Below are positions 21,916 through 35,570 of a DNA stretch of 36,848 nucleotides, in pieces (the first letter of the stretch is position 1; every line of letters begins with the position of its first letter). Origin of the DNA: Trichosphaerium sp. ATCC 40318 (lineage: Eukaryota > Protista > Tubulinea); contig JALMLS010000049.1 of NCBI GenBank assembly GCA_038496445.1, positions 1 through 36,848 of the forward strand, written 5' to 3'. Made by a program: the position numbers and the translations under genes. A model generated the notes under the pieces. The model worked only from the letters and a program-made list of their open reading frames with translations, ran no database searches and was not told the origin of the DNA.

Positions 21916-22548
21916 CACTACAACAACTCTTGACTACCTTACCCTCATTACACTATGGCATTAATATAGTGTTTCTGATATTGTTGTTTGGAATATTTGA
22001 CTATGTTTTACTGTAGTCGAGCACACTTCGTGTTACATTTATTTATAGTACAACACAAGCCTTAGCTTGGGAAACGTCCTCTCTACTCTCTACAAGTTTT
22101 GGTATGTGTATTCGTTGATTAGATATTCCTCCTTGCTCGTTCCATTACCCGTTTGAGCTTGATTGCATGATTTGCTTTTCTGTTGATTACTGTTTCTGAT
22201 ATTTATTGTAAAGGTTTGTCAACACTTTTCTTACAAGTAAATAATAAATAGGTCCAAGTTTATCGTTTTTTATCTTATTAGAGGTTGAGATTAGGACTCA
22301 CATTGACAGGTTATTAGTTTTGTATTGGTTCTTTGATGATTCTTAAAAAATTATGAAACTGTAGATAACTTCAAATGGCTAAGCCCATCATTTTACGGCA
22401 TTATGTTGTTCTAATTTAATGTTTTGGCGAAGAGGAATAAGGGATAGACAGCTGTAAATCTGATTCAGATAGAGATTGATTTTGACTGCCAATAATCTCT
22501 TTTTGGGGATCTTTTTCGTAAATCTCGATAGCAATGAACCACTTTTGA

Positions 22549-25500
22549 ATGGCTAGCGTAGAGATTGACTGGCTTCTTGTAGATGTACGCGTAATACTAA
22601 CCGATAAATACCGTCCATATTTATTATTATGCTTTTAGACGCCTAGTAGTGCGTCAATGGATGCCATAGCATCAAAAGAAGGGTACTATCAGGCAATTTA
22701 TTATTTTACCGCAAAAGTTTGAATATTGACCTTCAACACAGTTCGGGATCGGCTTCTTCAGGCGATAAGCCACAGGTATAGTGTATTTTACCTATTCTAC
22801 TATTTTATTTACATCTATCGATAAATAGTCTTCGAGTATTACGGGTAGTAGTACTGGACGTGGCACGTGCTTTTTTATTCTGTTTTTAGAAGGAAGTAAA
22901 TTATTTTGGGTATTGACAGTATTTTTTACTTAGTTGCCAAGTTATACGCATGGGGAGGGTACCAAGCTGGAGAGACTACTCAGGGGACATTAGTACCACG
23001 TTTATTATCTTTTACATCGAGTGTTAAGAAAGTTTTTTGCGGTTACTTTCACGCAGCAGCGATACTGGGTACAGAAAATCGTTTAGATCTTTTTTTATCA
23101 AATAAGGCCACGTGATGCCAACAGTCGTTTATGTTTTTTGATTATTATTATTAGATGACGACAGAGTTTTCTGTTGGGGACAAGGAAGGTATGGAAAGGT
23201 ATTCACGCAGTGATTAAACTGTACCTAATAATTCAGCTCGGTACAGGCGATGAAGTTGATAGACGTCAACCTTTTCATATCAGCAGATTGGATCATATTA
23301 AAATAAAAGGTGAATAAAACTACTCCTTATTATTATGATATTATATAACACTATTGAACAAGTAATTTCATGTGGGAAGGATCACACGATAGCATACTCT
23401 GATACTTCAAAAGAAGAGTTCACAGTATGGGCGTGGGGAAACAATAACAAATGTCAAATTGAGGCTAGATATCCCGATATTGTTTTGGCTCCTGAACGTA
23501 TTACAAATACTATTGGCGGTGTAAAGATTAGAGATATGGTTGCTGGTACAGTACACTCATGCGCTATAACAAGTAAGCCTATATTTTTCGTTGGATGTAC
23601 AGTGTTAGTGCAGAAAACATTTACTTTTTCTTAAAAGGAGATGATACTGTTTATGTATGGGGAGCAACTGAAAACTCCACAAAACGTGTCCAAGTAGCAA
23701 AGAATATAAAAGACGCTAGTTTCACTGATGAAGCATTGGTCCTTCTCAGCAGTGAGTACTAACAATACAGAACGAAAAAAAGTACTAACAAGTCATAGGA
23801 AAGGGTGAGGTTTTTTTGCTAAACTTGGGAACGCTAGGTACGTTGTCAGAGGAACTCTGACCTTTGTATGCCATCTAAACCCTTTTTTCTCTAGCAAAAG
23901 AATCCGCTGCTTTCAAGTTAGCTCAAGCGATTGGACTTGTAGCGTATAGACGTAATGTTGAGCATACTCCAGCTAACCGTGTAAAAATGTTTCATGTGTC
24001 TAAAGATATAAAAGAGAGATTTACTGCTATCAGTTCAGGAGCGCAGCATATTGTTGGTATTGCTGGTAAGCGGTTAATCACCTAAATAGATTCATTGTTA
24101 TTCTAACATAAGAAGGTGGAAAGGTTTATACATTCGGTCTTGGGTTCTACGGTAAGCCAAAAAAAGGAATGTTGGTAAGGAGGTTTTTATATTTTTTCAG
24201 GTTCACTTGGACATGGTGTCAAGGAAAACGCTGTTCCAGCACCAAAACATGTAAAAGGCTTGGTAGGAGAAACGGTTATCAAAATTGCATGTGGAGCGTA
24301 TCACACTGTAGCGTTGACTGGTAATCTCTATTTTTTTTTTTTTTTTTTTTTTTGATTCTAAAAGTTGATTTTTTAGCAACGGCTTGTGTATATACTTGGG
24401 GTTCCAATAAATACGGGTGTTTGGGTATGGGGGATACAAAAATACGGAGCTCACCTATGTTCGTTGAAGGACTTGAGGATAGGTACTCAAAACACCTTCA
24501 TACGATGTCGTTTTTAATGAATCTCTAGAGCTATCGATATAATAGCTGCTGGTGGATGTTGCTCGTTTGCTATTGACGATTGGAGACTCAATGAAATGTT
24601 AGGGTTTTCTGAGAGTAATAAAGATGCTATGCAATCTCAATTGAATAACTTGATCACGAACTCACCATACCAGCACATGTCTAGTTTTCTGGAGAGGTAA
24701 TTAAATACTTTCTTATTATTTTCTTAGTTCGGTACCCTAATTATTTTTTTTCTTGTAGAGCTGAGTCTATGCTTGAAAAAAAAAGTACTCGGTTATTATC
24801 CATCGTGGTGATTAATTAATTGCTTAGGCACTACCAATATTTTAACAAGACTTTTTTCGTCGTCAGCTCCATTCCAACTTTCGACGAGACAACCAGAATT
24901 CACAGTTTATTGTGGATACTTTGTTTCTTCTCTGACAATACACAATCCATCTAAGAGAAAGCGACAATTCTTTATTCAAGTTGACACATCTATGCCATGG
25001 ATACGAATACAACCAAGACAGGGGAATGTTGTCCCAGTAAGTTATAAGTCATGAAACACGAGTACTCCTTAATGATTGTTACAGCAAGCGACAGTTGAAG
25101 TTAAAATAAAAATACCAACAGATCGAAGTGTTAATACTATTGCAATGTTTACAGCTGAAGGCAATTTTGATAGACTCTTATTTTGGCTTAATTAAGGTGT
25201 ATTTAGGTGATTCTGACAGGTTTATTATCATTAAAACTCCATCAAAGTATGTTGTGACCGATAATCAATTTGGTATTTCAGAGCTTAAAAAAAGCGATTT
25301 CACTTCAATGGAAAGAGTCAGTTCTGGAGGTTCAGGTGCAATTCTTTACAAGGTACATGAAAAAATATCTTCAATCGATACTGACAGTTCCAAGGCGAAT
25401 TGGGGACCTGACTTGGTCGCTGTAAAAGTATGGAAACAGAGTCATGAAGATAATTTAGATGAATTTAGACGAGAAATCACTATTTTAAGGTGAGCAACCC

Positions 25501-26462
25501 ACACTAGCGCTATTCACTTTGTTACTAATTATGTCCTTAACAGTCAGGTTCAGCATCCAAATATAGTGCTGTTGATGGCGGCTGTAATCGAGCTTCCTGA
25601 ATTTGGGATAGTGATGGAATACATGGAAGGCGGTAGCCTGTACTCAAGAGTTCATCAAAATAAAGTAAGTTGTTTTGAAGTGAAGTGCCTTCTTAACGCC
25701 TTGCATTAGACTGAGCTTTCCGCAAAGGAAAAGATAAACATTCTATTAGATACAACGAAGGGTATGAATCACATACATAGGCGGGGTACGTGAGGATAGA
25801 TATTGTTATCCAAACAATCAAATGATAATTTTTGTTTAAAGGCTTCGTTCATGCTGATTTAAAGAGCCTCAACTTGCTTCTATCAAGAGATTGTACAATC
25901 ACAAAAATATGCGATTTTGGATTGAGCAATACTACAAGAAAACCAACAGATGGTATCATAGGATCAACACATTGGGTAACATAAAGGACACTCTAAGACT
26001 ACCCAAACATAATGCGTGTACTTAGATGGCACCTGAAGTGATAACAAACAGCGGAGTTTCTAAACAAAGTGATGTGTATAGGTACCTACCCTCAATACAT
26101 ATTTCTCTAATTGGAAATATCTCATCACGTGATAGTTTCGGTGTTGTCATGTGGGAAGTGGTAGTTGGCCAACCGATTTATCCGGGTAAGGGATACGGTT
26201 AAATTATTCTCACAAATCTACGAAGTGGAGAAAAGTGGATTGCTTGCTTATTGTGTTTATAGGTCTGACTCAATTTCAAATAAGAAGTCATGTTCTTGAA
26301 GGAAACAGGCCTGAGATACCACAAGATATAGATAAGTCTGTGGTCGATATTTTACAAGCGTGTTGGTCCAAACAACCAGATATGAGGCCGTCCTTTTCTG
26401 CTGTTTGGAAGCAACTACAACTTCTGCCCAAACTATCGCCCAGGCGATCCCATCTTGCCTAA
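22549..26462 (+). CDS. RCC1-repeat + PapD/MSP-like Ig domain + TKL-group protein kinase (non-RD), multi-exon
   Basis: RCC1 repeats: LYAWG, VFCGYFH, VFCWGQGRYGKLGTGD, ISCGKDHT, VWAWGNNNKCQI, IACGAYHT. Ig-like: LTIHNPS..WIRIQPRQGNVVP..VEVKI. Kinase: VAVK, EFRREI, HPNIV, VHADLKSLNLLL, DFG, HWMAPE, SDVYSFG, RPSF. The start is inferred from an in-frame first exon. Confidence 0.85.
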
Positions 26463-26699
26463 TAAACCGTAAATTATTACCTAACCAGTAACGTCTTATC
26501 CATCGTATTATTTGAAATGTCAGCAGTTTACCCATTTTACAGCGTGGAGTTTCGAGTTTTATTTCACTTTCTCAAAGGTCATTTGTTCCACTAAGTGATG
26601 AAACATATTTCTTACTGGGTTACAGCGGGTGTGGGCGAGAAACTACGCGTTGAAATACCAAAAATTACCAGTTTTCTCCGTCGGTTCAAAAAACGTGTT

Positions 26700-29600
26700 A
26701 TGCGAGCAGCTCTTGCTATTTTGGCGCTTATAAGCGCTTGTATTATTCCATTAGTTAGAAATCAGGACTGCGTTTATACAGGTATTTACGGTATGACTTT
26801 TGTTCTTAACAACGTATAAGCTAGCACTCCAAATGATGGTACTAGCAGTACGACAGCTCAACAAAAAGTAGAAGCGTGTATTGTAGACGACGATATTGTT
26901 TCAAACAAATGCGTGGAGCTCACTTTATCCCTTCCAAGCGTCAATGGAGTAATTGCGGGCATGTATGGGTACGTAACCATATTTATCGCTGTCTGCGCTT
27001 GTTTCGCACGTGATAGCCCAGATTAATGGTAGTACTAGGGAAACGGATAGGGTTTTTATAAAACGCTTAGGCAATACTGCTTCTGAATACAACGCCAATG
27101 ATAATGACATAACTACAAGAAATGACTTACGAAAGTACAGTGCTAGCAAAAAAAAAAACAAACAAAAAAAACCAACTTATCATGTTCAAGTTGTCAGAGG
27201 ATCGCATTAGTAGGAGACACCAAAGATAAATTTTCTTACCTTTGTATCATCAGCCAGAGTCTTTCATACTTTTGCAGTATAGATAGCATGCCTGGCGCAT
27301 TCGAACAAGCAGTACAGCATTTATATTCGAATTTCCGTTGATGCTGTTTTAGGATCAAAATAATGAAACTTGTACTGAGATACCTGGAGTAGTTCCTATG
27401 GAGTTAGTGGATTCGGTTCATCTCGATATTGCACTGAGTTCATTGCCTGAACAAACTAATCTTGTTCCGCCATTTATAGTTGCAGCTGGTAATAGGTTTT
27501 TTGTAAGTATCACGTGAGCGAATCAGTTATTAAACAAATAGCTTTAAAAAATTATTTATCTACATAGGAATACGATGGCATGTCTACGAATCCATATAAT
27601 CGAATACAAGCACCACCTTCGACTGATGGGTACCGTATGCTAATAAATTCAGATTCTGGTATGTCGTCGTTTTTTCTTGATGTATATTTAGACCTAAGTT
27701 TTAAAAATAGAAGCATGGGCGTGCTCGATGAGTGTAGGGGGCTTGTTTAGAGGAATCGATAATTTCACAAAGGTGTTTGATGACAGTCCTCCATGCCTCG
27801 ATATGGTTGTATGCGTTTATTGTATTACTAATCATAACTTCACGCTGACTTTGTGTTATTATTAGAGTTTAGATAATAGGCGTATCATTCTACTAGATCA
27901 AACCGGCACTGCATGTCACTAATCTTTAAAACCCTTTTCTAACTAACTGATACATACAATAGTTCAATACAATCACTTTAAGTGACAACAACGATGACAT
28001 CCGTATGGTGGGAGGTGCTAAACGCACATATGATAATATAGACGACCAGCACTTTTTCGTTAGTGTTGCAGAATGTCCTTTTATTGGTACTTAAAATATT
28101 ATTCTATCGCTTATTGGATTTTAGAAGCAACGTATGGATTTGTTGTACCAAGTCCACCAACCATACCAGCTATTCAAAATCCTATCGATGACTTTTTCAA
28201 TGTTACTACCAGAACCAGAATTCGGGGCTACACGCTTGAACTAGAACAAGCTAATGATTGGATTCTCAGTGTATTAATATTAGAACCAAATGCGAATACT
28301 TTAGGTAAGAATAACAAAGTAGTAAGATTTTCTTTAATAGCTTTTTTCTAAACATTGATTAGCTGGGGAATTGTGTTGCTTCTTAACATATAATAGTACT
28401 ATCCCTGGAATAATGGTAACAGAGTGTAGTGTCGAATGTGACGCACCTGTGCCCACTATGCCTCCTATGCCTGATATGCCTTCTATGCCTGCTATGCCAG
28501 CGAACAATATGGACGATGGGCTAAGCCAAGTAGTAGTAATACTAATTGGCATTATTGTTGTTATTGGTTTTATATTAGGTGTATGTGTTGTTATAGTGTT
28601 AGGATACTGGCTTAAACAAAAAAAGGTTTGATTCTCATTTCATGAATATCTGTTTAACGTTTTTGTTTAGAAGAAAAAGAATGGATCAACGAAATCACAC
28701 AATTTAAGTGGTACGTTGCTTTTTGTTTGGAGTAAAAAGATGGTTTGTATCATTCTAAGTGTATACCCTTAGCAACACATCACAAGTCAGAAACAAATTA
28801 CGGAGAGAGTAATATGGACACCCAGCCTATAAGTAAGTAATGATAAAAAAAATCCAGCTAATTTTATTAGATCCACGTGCAGACCGGTCTGAAGACAAAG
28901 GTTTGTTGCTTAAACGTTTTTTTTTCGAAAAATAATTGGATTGGTTAGGCGACTCAGTTTACGGTCCTGTCGAGATTCTAAGTAGTGGTAGGTTATTGCA
29001 TTATTGAAATATCGTTTAACATTAAACATAGATAGTCAAGGCTTGGAAAAAGCGTTACATAATAATATGGACCAGACATGGTTAATTGATTATGATGAAT
29101 TAAAACTTGGAAAAAGAATAGGAGCTGGAAGTTATGGAGTTGTGAGGAAAGGAACTTGGCGATTCAACACTGTTGCTATAAAATTTTGTTCAGATGTTGC
29201 TGCTACAGAAAGCTTTGTTGCAGAGGCCAAACTTATGGTTGAGTTGAGACCTCATAACAATGTCGTACAGGTATGGAGAAAATATTGTTTCTTTTTCTTT
29301 CTTTTTTCTTATTTTTTTAGGTGTTTGGTGTGAGTGTCAAAGATGATATGATTTACTTGCTAGTAATGGAATTCATGGCTGGTTTGTTTACTATTGCTTT
29401 ACTTGAGTTGATCGTTTTATGTAACCGTACTTTTTAATAGGTGGATCTTTGGACACTCTTCTTTTCTCAGATTCTTCAAAACTACCAATGAAACAAAAAG
29501 AAAAAATCATATTGGGTGTTGCAAAGGGTCTTCATCACTTACACAAGGAAGGCATCATACACAGGTAATGTTGATAATCACTAGACAATAAAATTAACAA

Positions 29601-30141
29601 TATGGTCCTATAGAGACCTGGCAGCGCGAAACGTGTTGCTAGACAAATCAAACACGCCAAAAATAAGCGATTTTGGTATGTCAAGACTTCTTGGCACTGA
29701 CGAGACAAACTATGCCAAAACAAAAAGCTCCATCGGTCCAATACGGTATATTATACTATATTAGAACACAAAAGACTGATATTAATAACGTTATAGATGG
29801 ATGGCACCAGAGAACATGAAAAAGAAATATTCTCCAAAATCAGATGTTTGGTCATTTGCTAGTTTCCTTGTACGACCCTTTTGTCACGTGCAACTTTGAG
29901 AGATATTGTTTGCTTACATTTGTGGCTATAGTTTGAAGTTTTTCATGAGACAGAGCCTTGGGCAGAGGTTGGAGACGATATGTTAAATTTGGCAGTTCGT
30001 ATCAGAGATAAAGGTGTTACACCTGCGGTCAATGAAGACTTGACACCCAAGAAATACATGGCTGTCATGGAGAAATGTTGGCAGATAGACCCAGATGAAA
30101 GGCCTTCAATGGAAGATGTTTGTAACTCTCTCACTGTCTAA
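26700..30141 (+). CDS. Receptor-type tyrosine kinase (signal peptide, unrecognised ectodomain, single TM, kinase domain), multi-exon
   Basis: Signal-like [19 protein letters not shown]; [30 protein letters not shown] followed by KQKK; kinase [49 protein letters not shown]. Stop TAA at 30139-30141. Confidence 0.88.
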
Positions 30142-30515
30142 TAATAATAAAAGATGTATTGTACAAAGATACTTGTTAAAATGTGTAACTCTGAAGATGC
30201 AGACGTTAATTTCGCAAAAAATTCTGATTTCGGTAATCTTAGCCGACGGTTAACCGTTATAAGTTTTTTTGAAACCAAGTTGAGACAGGCCACTACACCT
30301 CTAAAGAGGGGATGGAACTCATAAGATAGGTCTCACACGTAAATAGCTCATAATTCGGCATAATAAGATAGTGTATAGGTGCATCAAGTTAGCTTCCCTT
30401 GTATTGGCGCGTTTGGATGAGAACCCGGAAAAAAAAATCAAGTTAAAAGGCGAAGTAATATTCCTTGTTCCAGCCGGTGCACATTGAAATAAGTAGCCAT
30501 TACCCAAACCAACAT

Positions 30516-32009
30516 ATGATACACGACGCATCTCTAGCAGTATTCATCGCCTTATTGGCGTTAGGGTACTGCGGTACAACGCCAAACTGGACGCCAACTT
30601 ATGATATGCAAATGTCGACTATATTTATGCCTTGTAATGACTCTGGCTTCTTCGATGCCAAGTTTGCTGCTCAGTTCGGTATTGCTGATTTTGATTGGAG
30701 TAATGCGAAGCAGTTATGGGCTAACGCAAAACCAATGAACTGTGAGGAGCTACTGGTGGAACAAGTGAAACTTGTAAAGGCCGTTAATCCGAAAACAAAA
30801 GTTTTCGTGTACAGAAACCTTGTCAAAGGTAACGTCGGCTTAATTTCTTTTTTACTTGTCCTTTTTACTAACGCACGTGACCAGCGCTTCCTTGGTATAC
30901 GAATGTACGCACAAAGATAACAGACTCTGCTTACGCTGGGTGGTTTTTAAAGTTCTCTGGTAAAAATAATTATCACGTGCCTCAATGCGACAAAAACTAC
31001 GATCCTCCTCTTTGTACAGAGTTTTATCATGATCAAGATCAAACACCTCAACATCCTCACGGAGATGGTTCTTGTACCGACCCATGCGACTGTGGAGGCG
31101 TTCCATGTGGTGAATACCTTTGGGATCATCGTAATACGACATTAACGGATTATTTGATAAATCACGTGATTCTTGGCGAAACAGGCAAGTTCTGGGCTTT
31201 TTAGCCGTTGTTATTTGTTCCTAACGTTTTTAGGCCTTGGCAATCCTCAGATATCTGGATTTTATCTTGACGATGGTTGGACAGATTACCCTGCAAACAG
31301 ACAAGGATGGCAACCAAAGCAAGGATTCTGCGATCACTCCAAATACGGTATTGCATTTTATCGGATTATTCGTTTCTTTTTTTCTGACTTTTATAAATAA
31401 GGTGGGGCGACTGAAGAAGACTACTATTGTACTGCAGATATGGGTCTCACACAAACCGACACTACAGCGATTTATACAACTTGGAGAGCGAATATTGCCA
31501 AGGTACATGCTGCTATTGCTGGAAAAGGTGGATGGAGTTGGCAACAGTTTACTGGTTTTGCAACGCCTACTAAAGAAAAATGTGCGCTTACATTCAGAGC
31601 TGAATGTAACAAAGACTCTGAAGCATATACCAATGCTTTGTACTACAAGGTAAAACAACTTTTAGACTAAATAAGAAAACACTGACTTTTTTTTTTGTTT
31701 TAGTACACAATAGATGAGCATGTCTCTCCTCTTCCTCAGTTCAATGAAGACTTGGCAGGTTTCCTGCTGGTTAGAGGACCTTACGCATGGCTTGGATATG
31801 GTTGGAGCGGTTGTTCAAAAGGTAACGATCCTCCAGGAGCTGGAGGAAAACCATACTTGTTCCCAGATGAACTAAAAGTAGACTACGGAACACCAACGGA
31901 GGTTTGTCATGAAACATCAAGTAATAGTGGTGTATTTGTTCGTAAATGGACCAAAGCTACTATACAGTTCGATTGTAATACGTACACAGGTAGTATTACT
32001 ATGAACTAA
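30516..32009 (+). CDS. Secreted Cys-rich putative glycoside hydrolase (GHL15/GH168-like TIM barrel), multi-exon
   Basis: Signal peptide MIHDASLAVFIALLALGYCG; VKAVNPKTKVFVYRN; YLWDHRN; GFYLDD; LAGFLLVRGPYAWLGYGW; C-terminal DYGTP..GVFVRKWTKATIQFDC. The CDS is secure, but the family call comes from remembered motifs only. Confidence 0.6.
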
Positions 32010-32064
32010 TACAACTTGTACTTCACGACAATAAAGTTAGTCAATCACATTTTTTTTTTGTATT

Positions 32065-32580
32065 GCTATTGTTGGAGGCAAACTTGATTTTGTAGCTCAC
32101 GTTGTTGCTACATATTACAGTGAGGACCAAGTATGCTTTCCCTAGAGCTCAAGTGTCATCGATAGCACCAAATCCTCCATCCTATTGCTCTAGTATTGTC
32201 TGTAACAACAATAGCCACAGTTTCAGCAGTGTTTTTTGAAACTTTTTTTTATTGAACAGTCGCCAATCGTAAGCATGATCATCCACAATACAATCGCTTG
32301 GGTTACAAGAAACAAGAGTCAACATGATATTATTACAAATACAGATGGTTTGTATGTGGAGATGATCCTCAAACATGTGCCTACCCCCAAACTCTTAGTA
32401 TTCAGGTAAAGGTTTGATTATTGTTAATACCAAAACTAGTAGTTAAATGCTGTGTAGGTTTGAAAATCGTGTTGACAATTTGGATGTTGAGAAACCAAGC
32501 GTTTTCCTCTTGTAACCTTACTATTGAGTTTTTTAAGTTTCTGTTTGCACAAGAGATGCATATCGCACAAACCTTTGAAC
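32065..32580 (+). pseudogene. Decayed, internally deleted, inverted copy of part of the MRH-like gene (~660-1526)
   Basis: Matches the reverse complement of the first locus, e.g. cagatggtttgtatgtggagatgatcctcaaacatgtg and tattcaggtaaag..aataccaaaactagtagtta. Introns are retained and ~330 bp of the middle is missing. Confidence 0.85.
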
Positions 32581-33052
32581 ACAACGAACAACAAATAATA
32601 AAGATCTGATTTCACCGTTTAAAGTGTTAGAGTTCTTTCACTGTCAGTTTACTCTCTTCTATCTAACCAAAGAGAACTAACTATAGACGATGTTGGTGGA
32701 AGACAAAATATCTTGTGGCTTTAGCACAGCACCAAGTATTTGGTACAATTATAAAGAACATTTAGAAAATAAAAGAAAGGTTTTTGGAGAAAACAAACTT
32801 AAAAGGAGATTTTTGGGTGAGATGTGGGTGATTGCTCCTGCTTGCCATGTTGTTTAAGCTTTGTAGGTTGTTGCTGATTTATACAAGTCAACTGAAGTTT
32901 ATCAATATATATGTAACGGAGTAAAACACATGTACAACCATTAAAAATGTGTATTGTAAAAAATATTATTAACTTGATTGAAATGTTTAGATTTATTCTT
33001 CTATCTAAGACCTAAATTAATCTTTTAGAACCAAAATGATTCCCTCTACATT

Positions 33053-34995
33053 TTACCAAAAACCTTCATTGTTTTCACTTGATATAAAAAATGCGCCAGC
33101 CAGCTGAAGTGCTTCTATACCTTTGTCACTCACTTTTGTTCCTCCCAGTCTAATAATGTGAACACCTGCTAGGGCATTAACACATTCATCTGTAACACTT
33201 GTAAATCTCAGAGAAATTTCGTGGACGCCAACAAGTGCTTTTACACCTTCATCTGTAACTTTAGTGCCCTCTAAATCTATAGTGTGTACACCTGAAAGTG
33301 CTTTGACACCTTCATCTGTAACTTTAGTTTCCGTAAGATCAATCGTATGAACACCACTCAATGCTTTTATACCTTCATCTGTTATAAGGGAAGAATGGGC
33401 AAGTTTAATGGTATGAACTCCTGCAAGTGCTTTTAATGTTTCATCTGTAACTTCAGTGTACTCCAGGTCAATGAAATGGACTCCTGCAAGTGGTTTTACA
33501 CCTTCATCAGTCACTCTTGTAGAACGAAGGTATATTGTGTGAACACCAGCAAGTGCTTTTACACCATCATCTGTAACCTTAGTGCCACCGAGATAAATTG
33601 TGTGAACACCAGAAAGAGCTTTGAGACCTTTATCTGTGATATTAGATTCCCAAAGGTTGATTTTGTGCACGCCGGCCAGTGATATAACACCCTGTTCTGG
33701 AATATCACATGCTGGAAGGTGTATAGTATGAACACCTGCCAAAGCTTTCATTCCTTCAATTGTAAATTCCTGATTCATTCCAAGTCTGATTGTATGGACG
33801 CCCGCAAGTGCTTTCAAACCTTCATCTGTTATTGAAATTCCATCTAAACTAATTGTATGAACCCCTGCAAGTGCTTTGACACCTCTTTCTGTAACCATGG
33901 TATCATTAAGGCTAATTGTATGAACACCAGCAAGTGGTATCACACCTTCATCTGTAACTGTAGTTCTTTCCAGGTTAATTGTGTGAACCCCAGCAAGAGC
34001 TTTTACACCTTCATCTGTAAATTGATAACAAGACGTAAGATTAATCGTATGAACACCTGCCAGAACCATGAGCATCTTGTCTGTAACCGCTCCAGCCAAA
34101 TTGATCTTGTGAACTCCTTTAAGCGCTTTAATACCATCAATAGTACACCTGCAGTTGTCAAAATCTATTGTGTGAACACCAGCAAGCGCTTTCAGACCTT
34201 CATCTGTAACTTTCCTTGCTCTATCAAGGCTAATAGTATGAACACCAGCAAGCGCTTTGATTCCTTCATCTGTTACTCTAGTACGACCAACATCAATAGT
34301 GTGAATCCCAGAGAATACTTTTATTGAATTATCTGTTGCTTTGGTTTGTCTTAGGTTGATACTATGAGCACCTTTAAGCGCTTTTATACCTTCATCTGTA
34401 ATTCTTCGCACTCCTTGAAGGTTGATTGTATGAGCACCTTTAAGCGCTTTTAAACCTAACACGTGATAAGCTTTTCAAAAAACGTGATGTCATCGTTTTT
34501 GAATAAAATTAGAAAAACGTGATTGGAGATGGTTGTATTAAACTGATGAGTGTTTTCAGACAGGACAGTCCGCGTGTTTAAGTTTGAATGAGTACCTTTG
34601 TCTGTTATCAGAGTTCTCTTTAGGTTGATGGTGTGTACACCTGATAAGAACGATAATGCTTCGTCTGTTACATTGGTATACTTGAGATTGACACTACGAA
34701 CGCCTTTAAGCAGTTTGATGCCTTCACTTGGCACTGATTTGAGTACTTTTACATTGGTGTGTTGTAGAGCGCCCTTGTACTTTGCGAAAGCCTTGGCATC
34801 ATCTATCGTCTTCAACGTCGCGCTGTAGTACCCAATAACATCATGAACGATTGCGGCAAGTCTGTGACAACTCTGAGCGGCTGAATAACGTGCTTTGGTA
34901 GTAAAACAGAGAATGACGCCCAAAATCTCATTAGGCAGTGTAAGGAGGTTTGCGTTAACCTTTGTACGAGGATCGGACGTTATGTATTTATCCAT
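33053..34995 (-). CDS. F-box-like + long LRR array (more than 20 repeats of 21-22 aa); one intron at 34456-34595
   Basis: F-box-like LLTLPNEILGVILCF; repeat GVHTIxLxxTxVTDEGVKALA. The GT..AG intron joins the two ORFs in frame (TDKG|LKALK). Confidence 0.9.
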
Positions 34996-35570
34996 TGGGC
35001 TAAAATACGTGTGTTAAAACAGCGTTTTGTGACTTTATCCCAGTTCTCTTACCTCGGATGGCGTTTATTCTCAGCTCCTTTGTTATCTACCTCGGACTGA
35101 CTTCGCTTTGGATACATGGAAGCACGTTGGAGGTAGTTAGTATTTAAAAGCACGTGTTTTACTATCAGTTACCGTTTCTGTAAGCGAGGTAAAACGCACG
35201 TGTTCATTACGTTTTCATTTCGATTTTTCGTCATTGATTTTGAATCCGCTGCCATCGGTTGTTTTGCACGGGACCTTGACCTAGCGTAATTGCACTTGCA
35301 CTACTAACACATTTGTATCGTTCCAGGTTGAAGTTTTTTGGAGAAAAAATAGCTCCAATGCGATCTGATCAAGCGAACAGAATTGAAACACAATAGGAGG
35401 ACATAAAATATGGAATACCATCAAACATAATGTACTTAAAAATTGTCTAAAGGCTTGTGCTTCAAGTCGCTATTAACAATGATAATCCAATAACTAATTC
35501 ATATCAGATACAGTTTTATTTTAACAAAACAGACAAACATCCAAAAAGTAATGGCATGTGATGATGGCTT

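Noticed and set aside
33476-34828. Plus-strand ORFs with periodic Cys/Asn
   Set aside because: They are antisense shadows of the LRR array. The minus-strand ORF at 12365-12580 is the same kind of shadow.
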